Source: Erysipelotrichaceae bacterium
Lineage (GTDB): Bacteria > Bacillota_I > Bacilli_A > RF39 > UBA660
Direction of reading: 5' to 3'
Assembly (NCBI GenBank): GCA_022772985.1
Contig: JALEZJ010000181.1
Location: 3,959 to 67,958, forward strand
Length of the DNA: 64,000 nucleotides
Positions 19,376 through 28,261 of this stretch are shown here, piece after piece. The position numbers were made by a program, and so were the translations under genes. The notes beneath the pieces were generated by a model, which made no database searches, was not told where the DNA came from, and saw only the letters and a list, made by a program, of their open reading frames with translations. Numbering within the stretch: the stretch's first letter is position 1; every line of letters starts with the position of its first letter.

Positions 19376-21031
19376 ATGACAAATAAAGATTTAGCAAATT
19401 TAATATTTCCTAATATTACTAAAACAATAGAGGATTATAGAAAAATTTATCCTGCAAGAAATTTATCAGAAGGAGCAAAGGTAACTAGATTTGCTCCATC
19501 TCCAACTGGATTTGTTCATTTAGGTGGATTATATCAGGCTATTATTGATATGCTATTAGCGAAAAGTAGTAATGGAATTTTTTATCTTCGCAATGAAGAT
19601 ACAGATAAAGTAAGAGAATTAGATGGAGCATTAAAACTAATTTTGGATACTTTAAAATATTATCAAATTATGCCAAATGAATATCAAGACAAAGATAAAG
19701 TCATAGGTGATTATGGCCCTTATACTCAAAGTGAAAGAAAAGAAATTTATCATGCTTTTATTAAATACTTTATAGAAATAGGAAGGGCATATCCTTGCTT
19801 TTGTAGTAAAGAAAAGTTAGAGAAATTAAGAGAAAATCAAAATAGGGACAAAGTAAGAACTGGATACTATGGAAAATATGCTACTTGTAAAAATATGAGT
19901 ATAGAAGAAGCTGCTGATAGAATAAAAAATGGAGAAGAATATATTATTCGTTTTCGTTCATTAGGGGATAATGATAAAAGATTTAAATTTAATGATTTAG
20001 TTAAAGGGGAAATAGAATTTCCTGAAAACGATTTAGATATTGTAATTATGAAAGCTGATGGACTTCCTACTTATCATTTTGCTCATTTAGTAGATGACTA
20101 TTTAATGGGAACCACACATGTTGTTAGAGGAGAAGAATGGCTTAGTTCTGTCCCAGTTCATATTGAGTTATTTAAAACATTAGGAGTAAAACCACCAAAA
20201 TATATCCATACTCCTTTGATTATGAAAAAAGATGGCGATATCGTTCGAAAAATTAGTAAAAGAAAAGATCCAGAGGCTTCCATGAGTTATTATAAAGAAC
20301 ATGGCTATCCAATTGAAGCTGTGATTGAATCTTTAATGACTATTATTAATTCTAATTATGAAGAATGGCATACGGCAAATCCAGATAAAAGTTATTTAGA
20401 TTTTCAGTATAGTCCTAAAAAAATGTCATCTTCTGGGGCACTATATGATTTAGATAAACTTTCTAATATTTCTAAAAATATCATTTCTCGTATGACAAAG
20501 GAAGAGTTGTGTGAAAAATCTTATGAATGGGCTGAAAGTTATTCAAGTGAATTAAAGAGATTGATTGAGCAAGATAAGAACTATTATATGAATATCCTAA
20601 ATATTGAAAGAGAACAAAAGAAACCTAGAAAAGATATTGCTAAGTACGATGAGATAATTGATAATATTTGGTATATGTATGATGAATTATTTGAGAATAA
20701 AGAGAAAGCTTATGAATATCAAACAATTACAGATAAAGAAGAGATAAAAAAGATTTTAGTTACTTACATGGATAAATATTTTGAACTAACAGATAAGGAT
20801 GTTTGGTTTAATAATATGAAAGCTTTATGTGATGAATTAGGATACGCTAGTAACATGAAGGATTATAAGCAAAATCCAGAGAATTATAAAGGAAGTGTTG
20901 CAGATGTATCAACAGTTCTTCGTGTTGCTTTAACTACTAAGTGTATGACTCCAGATTTATATGAAATTATGAAATTATTAGGTAAAGAAAGAATTGAAAA
21001 AAGATATCATAATATAAAAAACATTTCTTAA
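19376..21031 (+). CDS. gltX: Glutamate--tRNA ligase (long form)
   Basis: It has a class I signature region RFAPSPTGFVHLGG (HIGH variant) and KISKRK (KMSKS). 551 aa. An extended -10 TGTGATATAAT about 35 nt upstream leaves no room for a T-box leader. Confidence 0.8.
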   Translation: MTNKDLANLIFPNITKTIEDYRKIYPARNLSEGAKVTRFAPSPTGFVHLGGLYQAIIDMLLAKSSNGIFYLRNEDTDKVRELDGALKLILDTLKYYQIMPNEYQDKDKVIGDYGPYTQSERKEIYHAFIKYFIEIGRAYPCFCSKEKLEKLRENQNRDKVRTGYYGKYATCKNMSIEEAADRIKNGEEYIIRFRSLGDNDKRFKFNDLVKGEIEFPENDLDIVIMKADGLPTYHFAHLVDDYLMGTTHVVRGEEWLSSVPVHIELFKTLGVKPPKYIHTPLIMKKDGDIVRKISKRKDPEASMSYYKEHGYPIEAVIESLMTIINSNYEEWHTANPDKSYLDFQYSPKKMSSSGALYDLDKLSNISKNIISRMTKEELCEKSYEWAESYSSELKRLIEQDKNYYMNILNIEREQKKPRKDIAKYDEIIDNIWYMYDELFENKEKAYEYQTITDKEEIKKILVTYMDKYFELTDKDVWFNNMKALCDELGYASNMKDYKQNPENYKGSVADVSTVLRVALTTKCMTPDLYEIMKLLGKERIEKRYHNIKNIS

Positions 21032-21190
21032 TAGTAAATAACTAATATTAGAAGTAGCTTAATTATTTACCATTAAGAAACAAAAGAATAAGTATTTTAA
21101 AGTTCTAAAAAAAAGAATTGACAATCTAAGTTAAAAATGTTAACATAGGTGATGTATTTTATGAATGTTTGATTTAAAGGGGGATATATA

Positions 21191-21763
21191 ATGAAAAATG
21201 TAGTCAAATATGTAGGAATTATTTTAGTAATTGCTGGAGTTTTATTAGTAATGAAAAATTTATTTACCCAAGATGAAAATTGGGAACAAAATAAAAAAGA
21301 AAAAGAAGAAACAACTTCAGTTGTATATTATAGTGCAAAAATTCAATTATTAGATCAAGAATCCAATTCATTTCTAAATGGTTCAAACTTAATTTTAAAA
21401 AACGAGTCTGGAGAAGTGATTGAAAAGTGGACTACCGAAAGTGGCGTTCATTTAGTCAATAAATTAAAAAAAGGAAGTTACACAGTAGAACAAGAAACAG
21501 CACCAGAAGGATATCATTTAAATAAAGAAAGTGTTACTTTTGAAATTAAAAATCAAGATCAAGAAGTCACAATATATAATACTAAAATGACAGAAGAAGA
21601 AATAGAAGAAGCAAGAGCCCAAAACACCACTTCTAATGAAGTAGGAGTTGACAACACACTATCTGAAAAAAATATTTGGTCCATTCTAGGCGGAGTTCTT
21701 AGCATTGGACTAGGAATAGGATTAATTCTACTTCAAAAAAGATCATCTAGCAATGATGTTTAA
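21191..21763 (+). CDS. Surface/envelope protein with a SpaA-type prealbumin-fold domain and a C-terminal hydrophobic anchor
   Basis: N-terminal signal/TM segment. LILKNESGEVIEKWTTESGVHLVNKLKKGSYTVEQETAPEGYHL resembles the SpaA/Cna-B-like fold (APEGY). The C-terminal IWSILGGVLSIGLGIGLILL + QKRSSS tail has no LPxTG. Confidence 0.55.
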   Translation: MKNVVKYVGIILVIAGVLLVMKNLFTQDENWEQNKKEKEETTSVVYYSAKIQLLDQESNSFLNGSNLILKNESGEVIEKWTTESGVHLVNKLKKGSYTVEQETAPEGYHLNKESVTFEIKNQDQEVTIYNTKMTEEEIEEARAQNTTSNEVGVDNTLSEKNIWSILGGVLSIGLGIGLILLQKRSSSNDV

Positions 21764-21875
21764 CAATGAAAATAAAAAAAGAAAAATGAGAAGTTCTTCC
21801 ATAGAAGGATAAACTCATTTTTTCTTGTCATAAAAATAATAAAGTTTTATAATGATATAGAAAGGAATGATAAAT

Positions 21876-23006
21876 ATGTCAAAAAAAACAATACCAATTA
21901 CTTTATTAACAGGCTATTTAGGAAGTGGTAAAACAACATTAATCAATCATATTTTAACCAATCAAAGTAAATATAAAATTGCCATAATTGTAAATGATAT
22001 AGGAGAAGTAAACATTGATGCTACATTAATTGAACAAGGTGGAGTAGTAACCAAAAAAGATGATTCCTTAGTAGCGTTATCCAATGGATGTATCTGTTGT
22101 AATTTAAAAATGGATTTAGTTGGTCAAATTATTGATATTATAAATCAAGAAAAATTTGATTATATTGTAATAGAAGCGAGTGGCATTTGTGAACCACTTC
22201 CAATTGCTCAAACGATTACCATGATGCCAGAGATGATTGAAGGAGAAAACAAAGAAGATATTTGTCGACTAGATTCTGTTGTAACAGTAGTAGATGCTCT
22301 ACGTTTAAGGGATGAATTTAATTGTGGTAATTGTCTAAAGAAAGAAAATTTAGAAGAAGAAGATATTGAAAAATTAATTATTGAGCAATTAGAGTTCTGT
22401 AATATAATTATTTTAAATAAAGTTAGTGATATTAGTAAAGAAGAATTAGAAGAAGTAAAAGCTGTAATAAGAAGTATTCAACCACAAGCCAAAATAATAG
22501 AAACAGATTATGCTAAAGTAAATATAAATGAAATTTTAAATACAAATCTATTTGATCTAGAAGCATCCACAATGACTGCTGGTTGGATTGAGGCATTAGA
22601 ACATCCTGATGAAAAAGAAGCAAGCAACGAGGTGCTAGAATATGGAATTAGCACGTTTGTTTATTACAGAAGAGCACCCTTTAATCGAAAAATGTTTTAT
22701 GAATGGTTAGATACAAAGTGGGATAAATCTATTATTCGTAGCAAAGGGGTGGTTTACTTTACTGATGAAATGGATACTGCTTATATGGTAGAAAGTGCAG
22801 GAAATAGTAAAAATTTAGTTTCTACTGGTCCATGGGTCAGTGCAATGCCAGAAGAAGAGCAACAAATGATATTAATAGAAAATCCAGATATAAAAGATAA
22901 TTGGGATGAAGAATATCAAGATAGAATGAACAAAATTGTCTTTATTGGAAAAAATATGGATAAGGAAGCAATTATTACTAAATTAGATAGTTTTCTAGAT
23001 TTATAG
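21876..23006 (+). CDS. CobW/G3E-family metallochaperone GTPase
   Basis: P-loop GYLGSGKTTL, CICCNLK (CxCC) metal motif, NKVSD, and a C-terminal CobW_C-like domain. Start moved to ATG 21876 (AAAGGAA RBS). Confidence 0.85.
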   Translation: MSKKTIPITLLTGYLGSGKTTLINHILTNQSKYKIAIIVNDIGEVNIDATLIEQGGVVTKKDDSLVALSNGCICCNLKMDLVGQIIDIINQEKFDYIVIEASGICEPLPIAQTITMMPEMIEGENKEDICRLDSVVTVVDALRLRDEFNCGNCLKKENLEEEDIEKLIIEQLEFCNIIILNKVSDISKEELEEVKAVIRSIQPQAKIIETDYAKVNINEILNTNLFDLEASTMTAGWIEALEHPDEKEASNEVLEYGISTFVYYRRAPFNRKMFYEWLDTKWDKSIIRSKGVVYFTDEMDTAYMVESAGNSKNLVSTGPWVSAMPEEEQQMILIENPDIKDNWDEEYQDRMNKIVFIGKNMDKEAIITKLDSFLDL

Positions 23007-23042
23007 TCTAATTCAAAAATAGAATAAAAAATGAATAGTTAC

Positions 23043-23071
23043 TTGTAATTTAAAAAAAAGAGTGTTAGAAT
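23043..23071 (+). promoter_or_regulatory. Sigma-A type promoter for tRNA-Arg
   Basis: TTGTAA (23043-23048), 17-nt spacer, TAGAAT (23066-23071), about 35 nt before the tRNA. Confidence 0.55.
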
Positions 23072-23105
23072 GAATATAAGAGAAATGTTGTCTATTTTTT
23101 CTTTT

Positions 23106-23182
<77 letters not shown>

Positions 23183-23195
23183 TTTGATAATTAAT

Positions 23196-23226
23196 CCTTG
23201 AATTTCAAGGGTATTATTGGTTTTTT
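23196..23226 (+). terminator. Rho-independent terminator after the tRNA
   Basis: Hairpin ccttgaa/ttcaagg (ccttgaatttcaagg, 23196-23210), with a tttttt run a few nt downstream. Confidence 0.55.
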
Positions 23227-23244
23227 GAATTTTAGTTGGTCCTG

Positions 23245-23278
23245 AAAAACCACATCTAAAAATTTTTAGATGTGGTTT
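23245..23278. terminator. Perfect 34-nt palindrome, bidirectional terminator-like
   Basis: aaaaccacatctaaaaa / tttttagatgtggtttt (17-nt arms), with A-run and T-run flanks. Confidence 0.6.
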
Positions 23279-23382
23279 TCAACATTTCTGACCAAACAAT
23301 TAACTTTAAAATAAATGAAAAATATTAAATATTTTTATTATCAAATTCCCCAATATAAAAACATATTTAATATCTTTATATC

Positions 23383-23401
23383 AGGTCCGTCAAAATTCGA
23401 A
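23383..23401. repeat. Left copy of a 19-bp perfect inverted repeat
   Basis: aggtccgtcaaaattcgaa is the exact reverse complement of 35434-35452. Confidence 0.9.
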
Positions 23402-23801
23402 GAACCATTTTATTTGGCTAAATAGCTTTACCTCTTATTTTCATGTAAGTTATGAAAACTATTAACAGTATTGCTCTTTTTTTCTGGAAACATGTGAATA
23501 AGTGTTTTGTACCTGCGAGAAAAACAATAATTATCTATAAAATATAATTACCAAGGGGCTAAAATGCACTCGCAATTACAAAAAATATTTTGGATGGCAT
23601 AATTCACAAAAAAAGTTTTAAATTTTACAAATTGATATAAAATTCAAAACTTTTTTCTTTTATCCTGAAAATATTATCTTGCACTTTTAAAAACTAAAGC
23701 TGACTTTTTATAATTGAATTGAATAGAAAATAGAAATAATTTCATATTCCATTTATGAAGATACAAAAACTTCTAGAAGTTCCATCCTTTTTCTATAACT
23801 T

Positions 23802-23966
23802 TTATTCATCTTTTTTTGAAAAACTACGACAGATTGTTTCTTTTTCATCATGGCAATCACAACCTTTACAAGTACAACTAATATCTAATACTTCTAAATC
23901 ACAACAATTACAGTCATTATGTTGACATGATGTTACATCACATTTTACTTTTGTATTTTGCTTCAT
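23802..23966 (-). CDS. Small cysteine-rich protein, DUF1540-like (54 aa; below the ORF-track length cut-off)
   Basis: Minus-strand ORF MKQNTKVKCDVTSCQHNDCNCCDLEVLDISCTCKGCDCHDEKETICRSFSKKDE with a GAGGAGG RBS 7 nt upstream. The V.C.V..C.HN...C pattern and 10 Cys are present. The palindrome aacttctagaagtt follows as a terminator. Confidence 0.65.
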   Translation of the reverse strand: MKQNTKVKCDVTSCQHNDCNCCDLEVLDISCTCKGCDCHDEKETICRSFSKKDE

Positions 23967-24126
23967 TTAAATTCCTCCTCATAATTAGTATGATTTCCTT
24001 TTTCTAAAATATTCTTTTTAATAAAGAGATATTGACATAAAATTCAATATATGCAAAATCAAAAATTTACAAATTAAAAAGGATTTTGAAAAGTTATCAC
24101 TAATAATATAAGTAGAGGAGGTAAAA

Positions 24127-24822
24127 ATGAAATTGATAAAAAAGAATTTAAAGTGGATTACAATAATAGTTTTAATAGTAATGATAATAAGTTTCCTTTT
24201 ACTAAAATATTTTTTATTAAAGCAAAAAGATAATATAGAAAAAGAGGCAATAACAGTAAAAGAGCAATCAGAACTTTTGCTAATAGAAGAAAAGCAAGAG
24301 CCTATAAAGAATATTTTTGTAGATATTAAAGGAGCAGTTTCTCAACCTGGGGTATATGAAATAGAAGAAAATAAAAAGGTAATAGATGTCGTACAATTAG
24401 CTGGTGGATTAACTGATCAAGCTGATACTACATTAATAAATTTAGCAAAAAAAGTTACAAATGAAATGGTAATTATTATCTATACAAAGGATGAAGTAAA
24501 AAAAGCAACAGAAGAAAATAACATTGCCAAAATTGTAGACAAGCAGTGTATTTGTCCAGAAATAAAAAATGATGCTTGTATAAATGACAACACTAAAGAA
24601 AATGAGACATCATCAGAAGCTACTGAAACCAAAAAAATAAATTTAAATACAGCAACATTAGAAGAATTACAAACCCTATCTGGAATAGGAGAAAGTAAAG
24701 CCAAAGCAATTATCGAATATCGAGAGACGGTCGGGAACTTCCAGAAAATAGAAGACTTAATGGAAGTATCTGGAATTGGTGAAGCTCTTTATGAAAAAGT
24801 TAAAAACGATATTACAGTCTAA
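24127..24822 (+). CDS. comEA: Competence DNA receptor ComEA
   Basis: N-terminal TM, an SLBB-like segment (DIKGAVSQPGVYEI) and C-terminal tandem helix-hairpin-helix (LNTATLEELQTLSGIGESKAKAII...MEVSGIGEALYEKV). Confidence 0.85.
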   Translation: MKLIKKNLKWITIIVLIVMIISFLLLKYFLLKQKDNIEKEAITVKEQSELLLIEEKQEPIKNIFVDIKGAVSQPGVYEIEENKKVIDVVQLAGGLTDQADTTLINLAKKVTNEMVIIIYTKDEVKKATEENNIAKIVDKQCICPEIKNDACINDNTKENETSSEATETKKINLNTATLEELQTLSGIGESKAKAIIEYRETVGNFQKIEDLMEVSGIGEALYEKVKNDITV

Positions 24823-26878
24823 ATATCTTTTTAAAATAATTGGCCTAATCTTTTTAATCTATGCAATTTTTGTAGTAAACTTTTTTCCTAAAACTAGTAT
24901 TTATTCAGAAAAAAACACGGAAGTAATAGGAAAAGTTACTAAATATGAAATAGACGGAAACCAATGTACCATTTACTTAAAAGGAAACGAAAAAATACTT
25001 ATTTATTATTATTTTCAAAGTAAGGAAGAAAAAGAGTATTATGAAAAAAACTTAGAACTTGGAAGTATTTTAAAAGTACAAGGAATTTTTAAAAAACCTT
25101 CAAAAAATACCATTCCAAATGGTTTTAATTATAGAAAATATCTCCAATATCATCAAATCTACTACATTGTAGAATCAAATAAAATATCAATAGAACAAAA
25201 TAATACCAGTATTTTATATCATATCAAAAATAAAATGATCAATCGTATAGACAAGATAGATAACAAAGGATATTTAAGCACTTTTCTATTAGGCGATAAA
25301 TCCTTAATGGATGAAAATACCTTAAAAGAATATCAACATAATGGAATATCTCATTTGTTTTCAATCTCAGGAATGCATGTTAGTTTAATCGTAAGTGCCA
25401 TTTTATTTGTATTAAATAAAATCTCGTATCACCGTATTTATAAATATGGTATTATACTACCAATTTTATTTTTATATCTATTCTTAACAAACTTTAGTGC
25501 ATCAATCACTAGAACAGTCATTATGTTTACTTTATTTGCAATTAATGAATGTTTGTATCTAAAAATCAGAAAAGTAGATATATTAATACTGACTTTAATC
25601 ATAGTAATTATCATAAATCCGGCTATGATTTATGATATAGGATTTCAATTCTCATATATAATTAGTGGGACCCTAATCTTATTTTCCAAAAAAATAAATC
25701 AAATTAAAAATAAGGTAGTAAAAAATTTAATGACATCATGGATATGTTTTTTAGTATCCTTCCCAATTTGTATTTATTATTTTTACCAAGTCAATATTCT
25801 GTCGATTTTACTAAATCTAATAATGATACCCTTTATAAGTATCATAATATTTCCTATGACGATAATAACTTTTATCTTTCCTATCATTTACCCTTTTTAT
25901 CAAGTTATGATACAAATACTAGAAAAAATAAATCATCTTGCAAATAGCTTAAACTTCTTTGAAGTAGTTTTTGCAAAGCCACCACTCATTATAATCTATA
26001 TTTATTATGCAATAATTTATTTATCCTTCTGGCATCGAAAGTATTTAAGTTTATTCTTCCTAGTAATTTTTATCCATAAAGTTTTCCCTTATTGGAATCA
26101 ACAATTTATCTTTACAACATTAGATGTAGGTCAAGGAGATGCCCTTTTTGTAAAATTCCCGAATAACTATGGAAATATATTAATAGATACCGGAGGTAAA
26201 GTGAAAATAGAGCAAGAAAAATGGCAACAAAAAAAGAATTCAAATACTATAGCAACTTCAAAAATAATTCCATATTTAAAATCGTTAGGAATTAATAAAT
26301 TAAATTATTTAATATTAACACATGGAGACTATGACCATATGGGTGAAGCGATTAATTTAGTTAATAATTTTAAAGTAGATAAAGTTATCTTGAATTGTGG
26401 TGAATATAATGATTTAGAAAAAGAATTAATCAAAGTATTAGATAAGAAAAAAATAAAATATTACTCATGTATTAAAAAATTAAATATTGATAAATATAAG
26501 TTAAAATTTTTGAATACAAAAGAATATGACAATGAAAATGATAATTCAAATGTGATATATTTTAATTACTATAACTATAAGTTTCTTTTTATGGGAGATG
26601 CAGGAATAGAGAAAGAAAAAGATATATTAGAAAAATATAACTTAAAAAATATAGATTTTCTAAAAGTAGGTCATCATGGATCTAATACAAGTAGTAGTAA
26701 AGAGTTTATAGATAGTATTAGTCCAAAATATTCTTTTATATCAGTAGGCAAGAATAATAGATATGGTCATCCAAAGGCAAGTGTTTTAAATATATTAAAT
26801 AATAGTCAAATATATAGAACAGATTTAGATGGAAGTATTGAAATAAAATTAAAAAAAGATGGATATAAATTGTCATAA
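24791..26878 (+). CDS. comEC: DNA internalisation competence protein ComEC/Rec2
   Basis: Polytopic competence domain plus a C-terminal metallo-beta-lactamase domain (LDVGQGDA, ILTHGDYDHMG, VGHHGS). Start taken at ATG 24791, overlapping the comEA end. Confidence 0.9.
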   Translation: MKKLKTILQSKYLFKIIGLIFLIYAIFVVNFFPKTSIYSEKNTEVIGKVTKYEIDGNQCTIYLKGNEKILIYYYFQSKEEKEYYEKNLELGSILKVQGIFKKPSKNTIPNGFNYRKYLQYHQIYYIVESNKISIEQNNTSILYHIKNKMINRIDKIDNKGYLSTFLLGDKSLMDENTLKEYQHNGISHLFSISGMHVSLIVSAILFVLNKISYHRIYKYGIILPILFLYLFLTNFSASITRTVIMFTLFAINECLYLKIRKVDILILTLIIVIIINPAMIYDIGFQFSYIISGTLILFSKKINQIKNKVVKNLMTSWICFLVSFPICIYYFYQVNILSILLNLIMIPFISIIIFPMTIITFIFPIIYPFYQVMIQILEKINHLANSLNFFEVVFAKPPLIIIYIYYAIIYLSFWHRKYLSLFFLVIFIHKVFPYWNQQFIFTTLDVGQGDALFVKFPNNYGNILIDTGGKVKIEQEKWQQKKNSNTIATSKIIPYLKSLGINKLNYLILTHGDYDHMGEAINLVNNFKVDKVILNCGEYNDLEKELIKVLDKKKIKYYSCIKKLNIDKYKLKFLNTKEYDNENDNSNVIYFNYYNYKFLFMGDAGIEKEKDILEKYNLKNIDFLKVGHHGSNTSSSKEFIDSISPKYSFISVGKNNRYGHPKASVLNILNNSQIYRTDLDGSIEIKLKKDGYKLS

Positions 26879-26979
26879 CTTATTTTAATCAAAATAAGTA
26901 GAAAGAAGCACACTATCAAGTAATTTTTAGCCAACTAGAATTGTGTGTAAAGGAGAACCTTTGAAAAGAAGCTGAAAGC

Positions 26980-27027
26980 AAACATACTATAAACTAATCG
27001 TAAACAGTATGTTTCCTTTTTGTTTTT
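26980..27027 (+). terminator. Rho-independent terminator after comEC
   Basis: aaacatact (26980-26988) pairs with agtatgttt (27006-27014), followed by cctttttgttttt. Confidence 0.6.
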
Positions 27028-27058
27028 CTTACAACTTCAAAAAAGTGAAAAAAGGTTA

Positions 27059-27225
27059 TCATATTCTTCTAAACAGTTTAGGATTAGGTATTTTTCTTTT
27101 CCAAAATTCTATTTTAAAAATTTGAGGACTATTTATAACAATAGCATTGGTTAATTGTCTTTGAGATAAAAATATTATTTCTCTTGTTTTTTACGATTTT
27201 TTCGCCTATATTTTTTCTTTGACAT
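27059..27225 (-). pseudogene. XRE-family helix-turn-helix repressor fragment (frameshifted)
   Basis: The minus strand reads MSKKKYRRKNRKKQEK*. After a frame shift it reads LSQRQLTNAIVINSPQIFKIEFWKRKIPNPKLFRRI*, matching the LSQ..L......S...IsKiE.G.R.P....L..I pattern of HTH_3 domains. Confidence 0.35.
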
Positions 27226-27360
27226 AAAACTTCTTATCAACATTAATCATACTGATAACTATAAACATTAACAAAAGTATTGACAGTTAATAATGATAAT
27301 TCATATTGGATGTGACAAATTTAATTAACATTAAAATTTAGTTGGTTAGTTTTAATTAGA

Positions 27361-27524
27361 AATGAAGCAAGAAAAAGCTATGTATGAAAAAATTCATGAA
27401 TTTAAAGGAAATGTTTTGAAAATATAATTGATAAAATTATTGTAGATCAAATAGATGAAAACGGGCACAAAAACCTAATGTTATGAAATTCATTTTAAAA
27501 GGACAAAAGATTACAACTTTTTGA
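27361..27524 (+). pseudogene. Possible C-terminal fragment of a large serine recombinase (broken by stops)
   Basis: Pieces MKQEKAMYEKIHEFKGNVLKI*, IDKIIVDQIDENGHKNLML* and MKFILKGQKITTF* resemble the ...[FI]IDKI[IV]V... tail of large serine recombinases. No catalytic domain is present. Confidence 0.3.
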
Positions 27525-27673
27525 TAAAGAATAATAAATCTATATCCTTTGGGACATAAACAAATAAGTACATGATAGAGTACCGCAGTAATGGTAGAAG
27601 TATTGTAAGAGAATATAAATTGATATAATATATTGATATGATATAATAATTATATATAGAAAAAGAGGAATTT

Positions 27674-28216
27674 ATGGAACAAATATTTTATCACGTTGTA
27701 ACTGAACGACCAATGAAATTAAATCAAGAAATAATATTTGATGAAAAACATCATAGTGGTGTATATGAAAGAGTATACAATTTAGAAAAAAAGGTTAATG
27801 ATATTTATACGAATCCTGATAAATATTTTAATACTGAATTTGAACATCATACTAAAGTTGCATTAAGAGAACTTGCATTAGAAGAAGTAAGAATCAAAAA
27901 ATATCCAAATTATCCATCTAGACTTTCATCATTATACGTATCAAAAACACTTGAAGAAGCTAAAAATTGGTATGAATATTTTATGAGTTTGGGTAGACCA
28001 ACATTTCAAATAGTCAAAATAAGTGTTAATGGTAATATTTTTACAGGAGATGCTTGCAATTGCTTTGACGGAACAATAAATAAAGACGAAAATTTAAAAC
28101 AAGCAGAAATATATTGGGAAGCTCGTGATAATATAAAAGGTAAAACTCCAATATATGAAACTATAGTATCTGGTAAAATCAAAATTATTGAAATAATAGA
28201 AGAAAACAGTTTATAA
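27674..28216 (+). CDS. Hypothetical protein, the only intact gene of the element remnant
   Basis: 180-aa ORF with an AAGAGGAA RBS and repeated TTGATAT(A/G)ATATAAT promoter-like boxes at 27619-27650. No TM or signal peptide. Motifs FYHVVT and PSRLSSLYVSKTLEEAKNW noted. Confidence 0.7.
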   Translation: MEQIFYHVVTERPMKLNQEIIFDEKHHSGVYERVYNLEKKVNDIYTNPDKYFNTEFEHHTKVALRELALEEVRIKKYPNYPSRLSSLYVSKTLEEAKNWYEYFMSLGRPTFQIVKISVNGNIFTGDACNCFDGTINKDENLKQAEIYWEARDNIKGKTPIYETIVSGKIKIIEIIEENSL

Positions 28217-28261
28217 AAATTAATTTTTTAGCATCTTTCTTTGAAAATAAAAAATTTTTAT

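Larger units (their letters stand above)
26879..28261. mobile_element. Decayed remnant of an integrative element lodged between the intact comEC and a displaced comEC 3' fragment
   Basis: It contains an XRE-type HTH fragment (minus strand), a fragment resembling a large-serine-recombinase C-terminus (plus strand) and one intact 180-aa ORF. It is bounded by two homologous comEC 3' segments (26300-26878 and 28262-28836). Confidence 0.45.

Noticed and set aside
25738-25947. 69-aa plus-strand ORF in an alternative frame inside comEC
   Set aside because: It is embedded in the TM region of ComEC, has no RBS and gives an implausible translation. It is a frame artefact.
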